A stretch of DNA of 64,000 nt, from the NCBI GenBank assembly GCA_965216815.1, contig OZ244202.1, positions 145,694 to 209,693 of the forward strand, read 5' to 3'. The notes under the pieces are model-generated. The model did not search any database and was not told the origin of the DNA. It was given only the letters and a program-made list of their open reading frames with translations. Within the stretch, counting starts at the first letter, position 1. Each line of letters begins with the position of its first letter. The DNA comes from Acidimicrobiales bacterium. Lineage in GTDB: Bacteria; Actinomycetota; Acidimicrobiia; Acidimicrobiales; SHLQ01. Shown piece after piece: positions 28,591 through 39,218 of the stretch. The position numbers and the translations under genes were made by a program.

Positions 28591-28655
28591 GGTGTCAGGC
28601 ACCGAGCGCACAACGATGTCGGTCAAAGAGCGCCTTGCGCTCGGTGCCTGACACC
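28591..28655. repeat. 65-bp REP-like palindromic repeat, family A, copy 2
   Basis: Perfect 20-bp arms GGTGTCAGGCACCGAGCGCA / TGCGCTCGGTGCCTGACACC. Confidence 0.9.
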
Positions 28656-28704
28656 CGTCGGCACCCTTCGCAATCGAGCGATCACTCGTCTAGGTTCCCC
28701 GACC

Positions 28705-30855
28705 ATGTCGATCGCGATCACCGAAGAACACCAAGCCCTCGCCGAGACCGTGTCGGATTTCCTGACCAAGCACGACGCACGGTCGGCTGCCCGCGAGCTG
28801 CTCGAATCGACCGACGAGCCTGTACCTGCGTTCTGGGATGAGCTGGTCGGTCTCGGCTGGCTCGGTCTGCACCTTCCCGAAGATCACGGGGGATCCGGAT
28901 ACGGGCTCGAGGAGCTCGTGATCGTGGTCGAAGAGCTCGGCCGTGCCGTGGCACCGGGAGCGTTCGTGCCAACGGTGATCGCGAGCGCCACGGTCGCAGT
29001 CGCCGGCGACGACGCAGCGAAGTCATCGCTGCTCCCTGCGCTAGCCGATGGTTCGAAGACGGCGGCGGTCGCAGTCGATGGCTCGGTGACCGCCGACGAT
29101 GGCTCGGCGAAAGGCGAGGCGATCGTGCTCGCCGGCGGATCTGCCTCGCTCGTCGTGGCACCAGCTGGTGACGACGTGGTCATCGTCGAGCTTGAAGCCA
29201 AAGCTGCGATCGAGACTCCGGCGAACCTCGACCCAACCCGTCGATCGGCGCGGGTCACCTTCGACGCGGCACCAGCGACCGTGCTGGCTGGGGCGAGGCA
29301 GACCCTCATCGACGTAGCGCGCGTGGTCTTGTCGGCAGAAGCCGTCGGGATCGCGCGGGAATGCACCGAGCTCGCGGCCGACTATGCACGCGAGCGCGAG
29401 CAGTTCGGTCGCCCGATCGCCATGTTCCAGGCGGTCAAACACCACTGCGCCAACATGATCGTCGCCACCGAGCTCGCCACGAGCGCCGTTTGGGATGCTG
29501 CACGCGCCGCCTCGACCGGAGGCGACCAGCTTCGCTACGCGGCCGCCGCAGCGGCAACGCTCGCTGCGCCCGCGGCCGACCTGTGCGCCAACCTCTCGAC
29601 TCAGGTGCACGGCGGCATCGCCATCACCTGGGAACACGACGCTCACCTGTACATGCGAAGAGCGACGACACTGCTCAGCTACCTCGACGCCGACGCCGCA
29701 GCATCTGATCTGACCGAACTCGTTCGAAGGGGTGTGACCCGAGCGAAGACGGTCGAGCTCCCCCGGGAAGCCGACGCAATCCGCGATGAGGTCAAGGAGT
29801 TCGCGAACTCGATCAAGGATCTCAGCGCCGACGAACAGAGGACCGAGCTGATCAAGACCGGATACGTAATGCCGCATTGGCCCAGGCCCTACGGGCGTGA
29901 AGCGGGGGCGATCGAGCAGCTCGTCATCGAGCAGGAGTTCGACTCGGCGGGGATAACCCGACCCGGATACGGCATCACCGGGTGGGTGATCCTCACCCTG
30001 ATCCAGTACGGCACCGACGATCAGGTCTCCCGCTGGGTCGAACCGGCGCTCAACCAAGACGTTATCTGGTGTCAGCTCTTCTCCGAGCCCGACGCTGGCT
30101 CCGACGCAGCCGGTGTCAAGACACGGGCCACGCGCACCGACGGCGGCTGGCTGATCAATGGCCAGAAGGTGTGGACCAGCGGCGCCCACGTCGCCGGCAT
30201 GGGGTTCGCCACCGTGCGCACCAACCCCGATGTGCCCAAACACGACGGCATCACGATGGTTGTCATCGACATGCACGCCGAGGGGGTCGAGGTGCGTCCG
30301 CTCAAGATGACCACGGGCAACTCCGAGTTCAACGAGGTCTTCTTCAACGACGTGTTCGTTCCCGACGACGATGTCGTCGGGCCGGTCGACGGCGGTTGGA
30401 CCGTCGCGCGCGCAACACTCGGCAACGAGAGCGTGAGCATCGGCGGCGGGCAGGGCGGAATGGCGACGCCACCTTCGGCGGTCGTGTCTGCCTTCGATGC
30501 CCACCCTGAGCGGCTGTTCGGCGGCGCCGGCCGCGTCGGGCGCTACATCGCAGATCATCAGGCGATGGGGCTGCTCAACCTGCGCAGCGCAAATCGGGCG
30601 GTCGCTGGTGGCGGACCTGGGCCAGAGGGCGCGATGACCAAGCTGATCCTCTCGGAGCTGGGTCACGAGGCCGCTGCGATGCTGACCGAGCTCCAGGGCC
30701 CCGACGCAGCGTTCATCGATGGGGAAGCCGCCATGAGCAACATGCTCGTGCTGATGCATCGCGGCATGTCGATCGCAGGTGGGACCTCTGAGATCAAACG
30801 CAATCAGATCGGCGAACGCATCCTTGGACTACCGCGCGATCCGCTGATCAAATAG
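28705..30855 (+). CDS. Two-domain fused acyl-CoA dehydrogenase (FadE22/FadE34-like architecture)
   Basis: 716 aa; degenerate first ACAD domain (QVHGGIAITWEH) and complete second domain (WCQLFSEPDAGSD, IAGGTSEI). Confidence 0.9.
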   Translation: MSIAITEEHQALAETVSDFLTKHDARSAARELLESTDEPVPAFWDELVGLGWLGLHLPEDHGGSGYGLEELVIVVEELGRAVAPGAFVPTVIASATVAVAGDDAAKSSLLPALADGSKTAAVAVDGSVTADDGSAKGEAIVLAGGSASLVVAPAGDDVVIVELEAKAAIETPANLDPTRRSARVTFDAAPATVLAGARQTLIDVARVVLSAEAVGIARECTELAADYAREREQFGRPIAMFQAVKHHCANMIVATELATSAVWDAARAASTGGDQLRYAAAAAATLAAPAADLCANLSTQVHGGIAITWEHDAHLYMRRATTLLSYLDADAAASDLTELVRRGVTRAKTVELPREADAIRDEVKEFANSIKDLSADEQRTELIKTGYVMPHWPRPYGREAGAIEQLVIEQEFDSAGITRPGYGITGWVILTLIQYGTDDQVSRWVEPALNQDVIWCQLFSEPDAGSDAAGVKTRATRTDGGWLINGQKVWTSGAHVAGMGFATVRTNPDVPKHDGITMVVIDMHAEGVEVRPLKMTTGNSEFNEVFFNDVFVPDDDVVGPVDGGWTVARATLGNESVSIGGGQGGMATPPSAVVSAFDAHPERLFGGAGRVGRYIADHQAMGLLNLRSANRAVAGGGPGPEGAMTKLILSELGHEAAAMLTELQGPDAAFIDGEAAMSNMLVLMHRGMSIAGGTSEIKRNQIGERILGLPRDPLIK

Positions 30856-32026
30856 CACCCGCGCCCAGATACCGCTCGCGCTTGGGTGGATGAACGTTCG
30901 CGAGGGTCAGGTCGCCGCCGTAGTGCTCGGCGACCCTGTGATCCATCACGCGACGCCACAGCGGCGGTATGCACGCCAGCACGAGCATGCCTGCGTATCC
31001 GGAGGGGAGCTGGGGCGCATCGTCGAAATGCCGCAGCGCCTGGTAGCGGCGAGTGGGATGCGCGTGGTGGTCGGAGTGCCGTTCGAGCTGATAGAGGACG
31101 AGGTTCGATGCTCGGTGGTTCGCGTTCCACGAGTGCTCGGGTCGGCAGCGTTCGTAGCGCCCCGCGGCGGTGCGCTGGCGTGCGAGCCCGTAGTGCTCGA
31201 TGTAATTGACGACCTCGAGCAAACAGAACCCGACGATCGCCTGGATGACGAGGAACGGGATCACTATGGGGCCGAACACGACGACGATGACTACGAACAG
31301 CACCGCGCTCATGAGCCAGCCGAGAACGATCTCGTTGCGCAGGCCCCAGACTCGGTGCCCTTGGGCGACGAGTCGCTTCGACTCGATCTGCCACGCCGAG
31401 CGCATGCTCCCTATGACCGTTCGCGGGAGGAACGCCCAAAACGACTCACCGAGACGGGCACTAGCAGGATCCTCAGGCGTCGAGACGCGTAGGTGGTGGC
31501 CCCGATTGTGTTCGACGTAGAAATGGCCGTAGGCCGATTGCGTGAGCGACAGACGCGACAGCCATCGCTCGTGGCGCGGGCGCTTGTGACCGAGCTCGTG
31601 TGCGGCGTTGATTCCGACCCCGGCGACGACCCCCACTGTCAGCGAAAAGCCGATCATGTCGATGGCCGAGAGGTCACGCGTGTTCACGATGTGCGCCCCA
31701 TAGAACAGACCGAAGAACTGGAGCGGCACGAACGAGTACAGAACGGCGCGATACCAGAGGTCGGCCTCGAGGCGGGGCACCTCCGACTCGGGAGGGTTCG
31801 ACTTATCGAGGCCGAACACGAAGTCGAGCAACGGCACGGCGACGAGGATCGCGATCGGACCGAGCCACCAGAACACCGGGCCGCTCGCGTCGGCCAAGGC
31901 CGCAGCGCGCAATGGCAACAGGGGCACGATGAGGCTGAACAACCAGAGGTACTTTCGGCGATCCCTCCAGCGCTTCGATGCCGGCGGAGCGGCCGCGGAT
32001 TCGGTATCGGTCGCGGGCGCGGTCAC
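30848..32026 (-). CDS. alkB: Alkane 1-monooxygenase
   Basis: AHELGHK, EHNRGHH, NYIEHYG, LERHSDHHA histidine boxes; GTG overlaps the TetR stop. Confidence 0.95.
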   Translation of the reverse strand: MTAPATDTESAAAPPASKRWRDRRKYLWLFSLIVPLLPLRAAALADASGPVFWWLGPIAILVAVPLLDFVFGLDKSNPPESEVPRLEADLWYRAVLYSFVPLQFFGLFYGAHIVNTRDLSAIDMIGFSLTVGVVAGVGINAAHELGHKRPRHERWLSRLSLTQSAYGHFYVEHNRGHHLRVSTPEDPASARLGESFWAFLPRTVIGSMRSAWQIESKRLVAQGHRVWGLRNEIVLGWLMSAVLFVVIVVVFGPIVIPFLVIQAIVGFCLLEVVNYIEHYGLARQRTAAGRYERCRPEHSWNANHRASNLVLYQLERHSDHHAHPTRRYQALRHFDDAPQLPSGYAGMLVLACIPPLWRRVMDHRVAEHYGGDLTLANVHPPKRERYLGAGAI

Positions 32027-32652
32027 GTGACGACCTCCTGTCGTGGGACGAACTGGTTCGCTTCTGCGAGTCGCTGGAGCTCGATGGTGCCGTTCACGAC
32101 CATCGCGGCTACCGCCCGCGCCACCAGTTCTGGTGGGTCGTCGGGCGCGCTGATCGCGTAGGACACCAGTAGGCGCACGAGAACATCGGCGCTTCTCCTG
32201 GCAACGACGGGATCGAGACCGCTGAATCGTTCGTGGAGTTGTTCCTCGGCGCGGGCGCGCAAGGTACGGGTTGCTGCACCCGAATCGTCGGTGAGCACCG
32301 GTAGCAACGCCTCGGGCTCTGTTCGCAACAGTCGATCGAGCAGCGGATGCTCGCGGGCGAACCGAAGCAGTCTCGTGATCATCGATTCGAGCACGGCTGC
32401 CGGGTCGGATTCGCCGAGATCGTCGACCTCGACCGTGACGACATCGGCGGCCCGTGTCATTTCCCGCTGCACGGTGGCGGCGACAATCGCATCGAGGTTG
32501 CCGACGTGCTTGTAGAGCGTCGGGCGGCTCAGCCCAGCCCTCTGAGCCACGTCGGCCATCGACAGTCGACGGATGCCGTGTTCGGCCGCTGCCGCGAAGG
32601 CCGCATCGAGGATGCGATCGACGACGCCGCCGTCTACTGCGGTGACTTCCAT
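32023..32652 (-). CDS. TetR family regulator (AlkX-like)
   Basis: N-terminal HTH LSMADVAQRAGLSRPTLYKH, HPLL..LL..EPE.LLP.LT motif; directly upstream of alkB. Confidence 0.88.
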   Translation of the reverse strand: MEVTAVDGGVVDRILDAAFAAAAEHGIRRLSMADVAQRAGLSRPTLYKHVGNLDAIVAATVQREMTRAADVVTVEVDDLGESDPAAVLESMITRLLRFAREHPLLDRLLRTEPEALLPVLTDDSGAATRTLRARAEEQLHERFSGLDPVVARRSADVLVRLLVSYAISAPDDPPELVARAVAAMVVNGTIELQRLAEANQFVPRQEVVT

Positions 32653-32659
32653 GCCGGCC

Positions 32660-32688
32660 AGTATTTACAGATTTCACCTGTTTGTCAA
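32660..32688 (-). promoter_or_regulatory. SigA-like leaderless promoter of tetR-alkB with overlapping palindromic operator
   Basis: TTGACA-N17-AATACT, 7 nt before the ATG; imperfect IR TTGACAAA-N9-TCTGTAAA. Confidence 0.6.
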
Positions 32689-32780
32689 TGTGACTGCAGG
32701 CACGGTCGGACGCGTGGTCGTGACCGATCCGCGCAGTGCCAGGTTTCGCACGGGCCTAGGCAGCCGTCCACAATGGACGA

Positions 32781-35695
32781 ATGGCGACCGCCCCGGAGCC
32801 CGCCCAACCAATGATCGGCAGGGAACTCGAAACCGCGCGCCTGCGCGACGTGGCCGAGGTCGTCGTCGACCACGGAGCTCAGCTGGTCTTCGTACGCGGC
32901 GAGGCCGGGCTGGCAAGTCGACGCTCGCCTCGGCGATGCTCGGTAGCCTCGCCGAGGCCGGTTGGGGCACACACGTCGGGAATTGCGTCGACTACGCGGA
33001 TCGTGCAATTCCGTTCGGACCCATCGTCACCATCCTCCGCTCGGTGCTCGTCGGCGACCTCGAGGTTGTCGACGAGCTGGTCGCGCACCATCGGCGCGAC
33101 CTCGCAGGGCTGTTGCCCGAGCTCGCCGACGATCAGGCGACGGGAGCCGACGAAGGCGAGGTCGACCGGCTGTTCGACGCGATCGCCGGCCTGATCTCCA
33201 ACGCGGCGCAGCGCAGGCCGCTCGCTCTGCTCGTCGAGGACATCCATTGGGCCGACAGCTCCACTCGAGATCTGTTGACCGAGCTGGTCGTTGGGCTCGA
33301 CGATGCCGAGGTCTTGCTCGTCGTCACCGAGCGCACCGGCAGCACCGATCGCCAACACCCGATGCGTACCTGGATCGCCGAGCAGCTCCGCCGCGGCAAC
33401 GTGCACGATGTGACGCTCACGAGCTTCGCCCGCGAGGACCTCGCCGCCCAGGCCGAGGCACTGCTCGATTCGACGCCCGACTCCGGGCTGCTCGACGAGC
33501 TGGAAAAGCGCACCGGCGGCAACCCGTTCTTCGCGGCCGAGCTCCTGCGAGCGCGACAAGCCGGAGTGCACGAGGTTCCGGCTTCGCTGGCCGACTTCTT
33601 GACCTCGCAGCTGTCGCGTCTCGACGACTCCGAACAGGAACTGCTCCGGGCACTCGCGGTCCTCGGTGGCTCAGCCGATCATCGGCTGCTCGGGGCGATG
33701 TGTCCACAGACCGACCTGTCGGCAACGGTTCGGGAGTTGTACGACGCATCGATCCTCGTCACGGACGGAGAAGCCTTCCGCTTCGCACACGCCCTCATAC
33801 GTGAGGCGATCCTCGACGACATCCTGCCCTTCGAGACCGAGGTGCTTCACCGGCGGGCCGCCGAGGCGATACTCGCCGAGCCTGGAAGGGGCGAATCTCT
33901 GGCCGACACAATCGCGCTCGCCCTTCACTGGTCAGCGGCCGGTGACGCCGACCGGTGCCTGACGACGACGATCGAGGCGGCCGAGGCAGCTGCCCGCGTG
34001 GCTGCCTTGGAGTCGGCGGCCGACCTGACCCTCGTCGCCCTGCGCACCTGGCCCGCGTCGACCGACCCTGAAAAGCTAGCCGGGACGACTCGCGACGAGC
34101 TCCTGGTCCAGGCCGCCGAGCGCCTCGCGAGCTTCTATCGCGGCGAGGAGGCGATTGCTCTCATCGAAGAAGCTCTCGGCGGATGGGCTCGCGACCTGCC
34201 CTCCGGGCGGCGGGCTCGACTACACGCCCTGATGGCGCCGATCCTCTGGCAGCTCGGCAAGGCGGTCGAGGCCGGACTGATCCTCGAGGAGGCGGCACGC
34301 CTCATCGGCGACGAGGTATCGGCCGACGCTGCCCACGTGCATCATCAGGTATCCAAGAACGCGGTTGCGAAGACTTGGATTCACCCTGCCCTCGAAGCCG
34401 CCGAGAAGGCGATCGAGATCGCCGAGGTTCACGGCCCACTGGTCGTACTCGTCGAGGCGCTGACCGTGAAGGCACTCGCGGTCGGAGTAACCGACGATCT
34501 GGCCGAGGGAGTCGCGCTCGCCAGGGAGGCACGGGAGATGGCGCTCGCCGAGGGACTCGTGCCTCAGGTCGCAAACGCCTACCGCACCGAGATGCAGGTG
34601 ATCCTGTTCCAGGACGGACGTACCGAAGCGTGTCTCGATGCATGCCGCAACGGGCTCGCATACGCCGAGCGCCATTGCGGTCCGCGATGGCGCGCCGATT
34701 TCCGATGGGACCTGTGCCTCGGGCTCATCGAATCGGGTCGGTTCGAAGAGGCCGAGCGCATCCTCGAGTACCTCCTCGATACCGAGCTCGACGGCCTTCG
34801 GAGGCTCACCGTGCTCCAGGCCGCCGGCCTCGATGCGCTGGGGCGCGGAAAGCTCGAATCGGCGGAGTCGTTCTTCGAGGAGGCGGACCAGATCTCGGAG
34901 GGGTTCGGGTCCGCACAGGAGACGGGTTTTCAAGGCCGCCTTCTGGCCGAGCTCGCCCGCAAGCAGGACCGACTCGATGAGGCTCTCGACCACATCGACG
35001 GGGCGCTGAAGCTACAGCTCGCGGGAGACAACCTCACCTTCGTCCGCGAATCGATCGTCGAACGCATCCGAATCGTCCGGGCTCTCGCGGCCCAGGGCGA
35101 CGACCGAGTCGAAGCACTGACCGCGAGCATCGACGAACAGATCGCCGGGTTCGAACCGATCGGCCCAGCGAACGTTGCGTGGGCGGCGCTCATGGAGCTC
35201 GAGCGAGAAGCGTTGGCAGGAACGATCGAGGTCGAGTCTGGCCAACGAGCGGTCGATCTGCTCGACCGTGCCGGCTACCTCCTCGAAGCCGTGCACGCCC
35301 GTTTGCTGATCGCCGACCATCTCGACTCGGTCGGCGAGTCAGACGCCGCCAAGTCGCTTCGCGACGAGGCCGAAGAGGTGGCGTCGGAACACGGCATGAC
35401 ATCGATCCTCCACGCCGAACAACCCGACCGGGCGGTGAAACCCGAATCGGTCGAATTACCGCATTTCCTCACGGTCAGGGAGGTCGAGGTGATGTCGCTG
35501 CTCGCCGAGGGCCTGACGAACAAGGCGATTGGCGAACGCCTCTTCGTCAGTCCGCGCACGGTCAGCACCCACGTCTCGAACCTGTTGGCCAAGCTCGGCG
35601 TGGCGACGAGGGGCGAAGCCGCTGCGGCATATCACCGCCTCGGTCTGGCCGAGGTCATCGACCTCCGCGACTCCGAGGCGGTGAGCGTGCGCTAG
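32781..35695 (+). pseudogene. Large AAA-ATPase/LuxR-HTH regulator, frameshifted in the Walker A loop (one G missing at 32907-32909; possibly a sequencing error)
   Basis: MIGRELE..VRGEAG in one frame continues as AGKSTLA in the next; EDIHWAD, TGGNPFF, C-terminal LTVREVEV..TVSTHVSNLLAKLG. Confidence 0.8.
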
Positions 35696-35753
35696 CACGC
35701 GCTCACCTTTCGCTATCTTGCTCGTGCATGACAGCGATCTGGCTCGTTCTCAG

Positions 35754-37496
35754 ATGATCGAGGATCCCCTGACCGGTCTTGCCCTGATCGCGGTTCTCGC
35801 CGTGGTCGCGCAGTGGCTCGGAGCCCGCCTCAACATCCCTTCGGTACTGTTCCTGTTGCTCGCGGGTCTCGCAGCAGGTCCTGTTATCGACCCTGACGAG
35901 CTGTACGGCGACCTGCTCTTTCCGGGTATCGGTCTGGGCGTCGCCGTGCTCCTGTTCGAAGGCGGCACGAGCCTGCGTTGGCGCAACCTCACGCTCGGTC
36001 GTGCGTCGGTCATACGCCTGGTCACGATCGGTGCCGCCATCGCATGGATCGTCGGCGCCACCGCAGCCGCTGCTCTGCTCGACGTCGACCGAAACGTGGC
36101 TGTTCTGATCGGTGCTGTGCTTGTCGTTTCCGGACCGACCGTCGTCATGCCGTTGCTCAGGGTCGTTCGCGCTCGCGAGCCCGTCGACTCGATCCTTCGG
36201 TGGGAAGGGATCGTCATCGACCCGATCGGCGCCGGTCTCGCGATCGTCGTCCTCGACGCCATCGTCGAAGACCGGTCCTTGCCGCAGGTGATACTCCGCA
36301 TCGTCACAACGTTCGGAGCCGGTCTCGCCGTTGGAGCGGTCGCCGCGTTCATCCTCATCACCTCTTTGCGCCGAGGTTTCATCGCCGACCACCTTCACAT
36401 CCCGGCCACGCTCGCCGCCCTCATAGCTGCCTATGCGGTCTCCAACGAACTGCGACCCGAGGCCGGTCTCGTAGCGGTGACGCTCCTCGGGATGGCGTTC
36501 GCCAACCAGCGCGGCGCTCCCGCAGGACACATCGCGGAGTTCAACGAACACCTCGGCACCGCGGTGTTGGGGATCCTGTTCGTGATGCTCGGCGCGCGCG
36601 TCGAGATCGACGAGATCGTCGACAACCTCGCTGCGAGCGCTGGTATAGCGGCCGCTCTCATCCTCATCGCGAGACCCGCATCGGTCCTCGCTGCGACGGT
36701 CGGAACCGACACGACATGGCGGTCTCGAGCCTTTCTCATGACGCTTGCGCCGCGTGGCGTCGTTGCCGCAGCAGTGGCATCTCTGTTCGCGCTCGAGCTC
36801 GAGCACAACGAAGTCGACCCCGGCCCGATGGTGCCGGTCGTGTTCAGCGTGGTCGTGATCACCGTCACTATCGCCTCAACGCTTGCCATGTTCGGTGCGA
36901 AGCGATTGCGTATCGCGCAGCCCAAGCCGACCGGCGTCGCACTCATCGGCGGCGGCTCGTTCGCCATCGCCTTCGCCGAGGCGCTGAACCGACTCCACGT
37001 GCCGACGATTCACATCGGGCTCGACGAGGAGAACCAGCCGGCGGCGTTCGAAAGAGGCCAGCTGGTCTACCGGGGTCGACTGGACAGCGACGAGTTCCAT
37101 GAGACCGTCAAACAGGTCGGCGTGAGCACAGCGGTGGCGTTGTCGGGGGTCGATTACCTCGACAGCTACGCGACCGAGCGCCTCACCGCCGAGCTCGACA
37201 GCACGAACCTCTACAGACTCGGGTTCGAAGAGGAACCCGACGAGGCGGGCACATCGCACACGGTGAAACCAAGCCTGCTGATGCCCGCTTCGATGACCGC
37301 GCAACGCGTGGCACAACACATGAACAACGGGGGCCGAGTGCGAACCGTCGCCGGCCCCCACCACCCAAGGTCGGGCTGGCTCACGCTGTGTCGGGTCGGT
37401 CAGGCGGGCAACGTGGTGTTCGACGCCGATCCGACTGCCGCGGGTCGAGACGACTGGCTCATTCAGCTCGGTCCAGGGATCAATCCCGACGCCTGA
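35754..37496 (+). CDS. Cation:proton antiporter (CPA1/NhaP-like) with C-terminal cytoplasmic domain; start uncertain
   Basis: LLFEGG, VSGPTVV, WEGIVIDPIGA, APRGVVAAAV. Confidence 0.9.
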   Translation: MIEDPLTGLALIAVLAVVAQWLGARLNIPSVLFLLLAGLAAGPVIDPDELYGDLLFPGIGLGVAVLLFEGGTSLRWRNLTLGRASVIRLVTIGAAIAWIVGATAAAALLDVDRNVAVLIGAVLVVSGPTVVMPLLRVVRAREPVDSILRWEGIVIDPIGAGLAIVVLDAIVEDRSLPQVILRIVTTFGAGLAVGAVAAFILITSLRRGFIADHLHIPATLAALIAAYAVSNELRPEAGLVAVTLLGMAFANQRGAPAGHIAEFNEHLGTAVLGILFVMLGARVEIDEIVDNLAASAGIAAALILIARPASVLAATVGTDTTWRSRAFLMTLAPRGVVAAAVASLFALELEHNEVDPGPMVPVVFSVVVITVTIASTLAMFGAKRLRIAQPKPTGVALIGGGSFAIAFAEALNRLHVPTIHIGLDEENQPAAFERGQLVYRGRLDSDEFHETVKQVGVSTAVALSGVDYLDSYATERLTAELDSTNLYRLGFEEEPDEAGTSHTVKPSLLMPASMTAQRVAQHMNNGGRVRTVAGPHHPRSGWLTLCRVGQAGNVVFDADPTAAGRDDWLIQLGPGINPDA

Positions 37497-37584
37497 AGAC
37501 GCCGCGGCCTAACCTTCTCGTTTCGGCTGCAGCGCGTCACGCATGCGCGACTATCTGCAGAAATTTCGGGGGAATCGGAGACAG

Positions 37585-37986
37585 ATGAGCGATCGGGACA
37601 CACCTTCGGAACCGCCGTCGGCCTACGAACGCGGACTGGCGAAGATCACCGAGGTCTACGCCGGCGACGTCGCGGCTATGCCCGAGGGCACGATGCCGTT
37701 CTACGACGTCATGATGCGGTCGCTTTTTGCCGAGGTCTGGGATCGCGACGTGATGTCGATACGCGACCGCCGCCTGCTGCTGCTCGGCGTGATCGCAGCG
37801 CAGGGCCAGACCGACACGTTCGCCATCCAGGCGAGCGCTGCACTCGCGCGCGATGAGCTGTCACCCGATGAGCTGCGTGAGACTCTGATCATGCTCGCTC
37901 CATACGCCGGTTATCCGAACGTGGCCGGTCTCATCGGTCCGGTCGAAGAGGCGATAGCTGCCCATGAGGCCAAGGGCGACGGGTGA
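37585..37986 (+). CDS. Carboxymuconolactone decarboxylase family protein
   Basis: LFAEVWDR..SIRDRRL, YAGYP. Confidence 0.82.
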   Translation: MSDRDTPSEPPSAYERGLAKITEVYAGDVAAMPEGTMPFYDVMMRSLFAEVWDRDVMSIRDRRLLLLGVIAAQGQTDTFAIQASAALARDELSPDELRETLIMLAPYAGYPNVAGLIGPVEEAIAAHEAKGDG

Positions 37987-39200
37987 GCGACGAACGCACC
38001 ACGCCGAGCCTCCCAGCAGCGCTGCGCGAGTGGTTCACCTCCCCTCCACGCGCACACGGCGACCAACGGCACGATCGGGTCGTCAGCTTCCTCGAACTGT
38101 TCTACGACCTCGTGTTCGTCGTGCTCATCGCACAGATTTCGAACACGCTCGCGGCTCATGTCTCCTGGAGCGGAGTTCGGGACTTCGCGATCGTCTTCGG
38201 CCTGATCTGGATCGCGTGGGCGAACGGAAGCCTCTATCACGAGCTCCACGGGAGAGAGGACGGACGGGGGCGAACCGGCATCTTCGGTCAGATGATGCTG
38301 CTGGTACTCGCCGCCGTGTACGCCACCCACGCTGCCGATGATCTCGACGACGGCAGGGGCTTCGCCCTCACGTTTGCCGCTCTGCTGGCGGTTCTCGCGC
38401 TGCAATGGTGGTCGGTTCGTGCTCACGACGTGGCGACCTACAGGCCACTCATCGGCCGTTACGTCGCTGGCTCGGTCGCGGCTGCGGTAGCGATGGCGGC
38501 GAGCGCGCTCACCGACGACATCGACCTGCGACTCTGGATCTGGGCAGGCGTAGTGGTGCTCACCGTCGCCGGTGTCATCGCGTTCAATCTGACCCTGGCT
38601 CCAGAGCACCGCGACGTGTTCACCGTCACCGAGTCCACCTCCGAGCGATTCGGGCTGTTCACGATCATCGTGCTGGGCGAGGTCGTCGTCGGGGTCACCG
38701 ACGGACTGTCCGAAGCCGACCGCGACATCACCACGATCGCCGTCGGTCTCTTCGCGCTATGGATCGGCTTTGGCCTCTGGTGGCTCTACTTCGACCTCGC
38801 AGGCCGGCGCTCGCCCGTCGATACACAGCCACGGAAGGTCACGTGGATACACGCTCACCTCCCTTTGGCCGGGGGCATAGCGGCTAGCGGGGCAGCTTTC
38901 GTAGGCCTCATCGGACATGCCGGCGATGGCCGCACGTCGAGTCCCACCGCCTGGCTGATCGCAGGCGCGGTCGCTACGACACTGCTCAGCCTCGCCGTGC
39001 TCGTCTCGACCCTCGAGCCCCACGCCGGCAGCCGAACCGCGCCGGTCACACTGACCGTCGGCGCGGCGGTGGCGCTCGTCCTCGGCTGGGTTCGCCCTGA
39101 CCCGCTGTGGATCGCCATCCTCCTCGCGGCTTTGCCGATGCTGATCTGGCTCGAGACCTTCGCGAGCTTTGCGAGGGCCGGCGAACGCCTCGACGGGTGA
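37983..39200 (+). CDS. Low temperature requirement protein A (LtrA) family membrane protein
   Basis: FLELFYDLVFV, ERFGLFTIIVLGE, WWLYF, HLPL. Confidence 0.9.
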   Translation: MSDERTTPSLPAALREWFTSPPRAHGDQRHDRVVSFLELFYDLVFVVLIAQISNTLAAHVSWSGVRDFAIVFGLIWIAWANGSLYHELHGREDGRGRTGIFGQMMLLVLAAVYATHAADDLDDGRGFALTFAALLAVLALQWWSVRAHDVATYRPLIGRYVAGSVAAAVAMAASALTDDIDLRLWIWAGVVVLTVAGVIAFNLTLAPEHRDVFTVTESTSERFGLFTIIVLGEVVVGVTDGLSEADRDITTIAVGLFALWIGFGLWWLYFDLAGRRSPVDTQPRKVTWIHAHLPLAGGIAASGAAFVGLIGHAGDGRTSSPTAWLIAGAVATTLLSLAVLVSTLEPHAGSRTAPVTLTVGAAVALVLGWVRPDPLWIAILLAALPMLIWLETFASFARAGERLDG

Positions 39201-39218
39201 CCTCGTGGCGCTGATCGA

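Noticed and set aside
29041..30759. Long alternative-frame or antisense ORFs (also 14344-15873, 16937-18523, 48012-49418, 5286-6398 and others)
   Set aside because: Shadow ORFs typical of high-GC DNA; they overlap well-supported genes and have no recognisable motifs.
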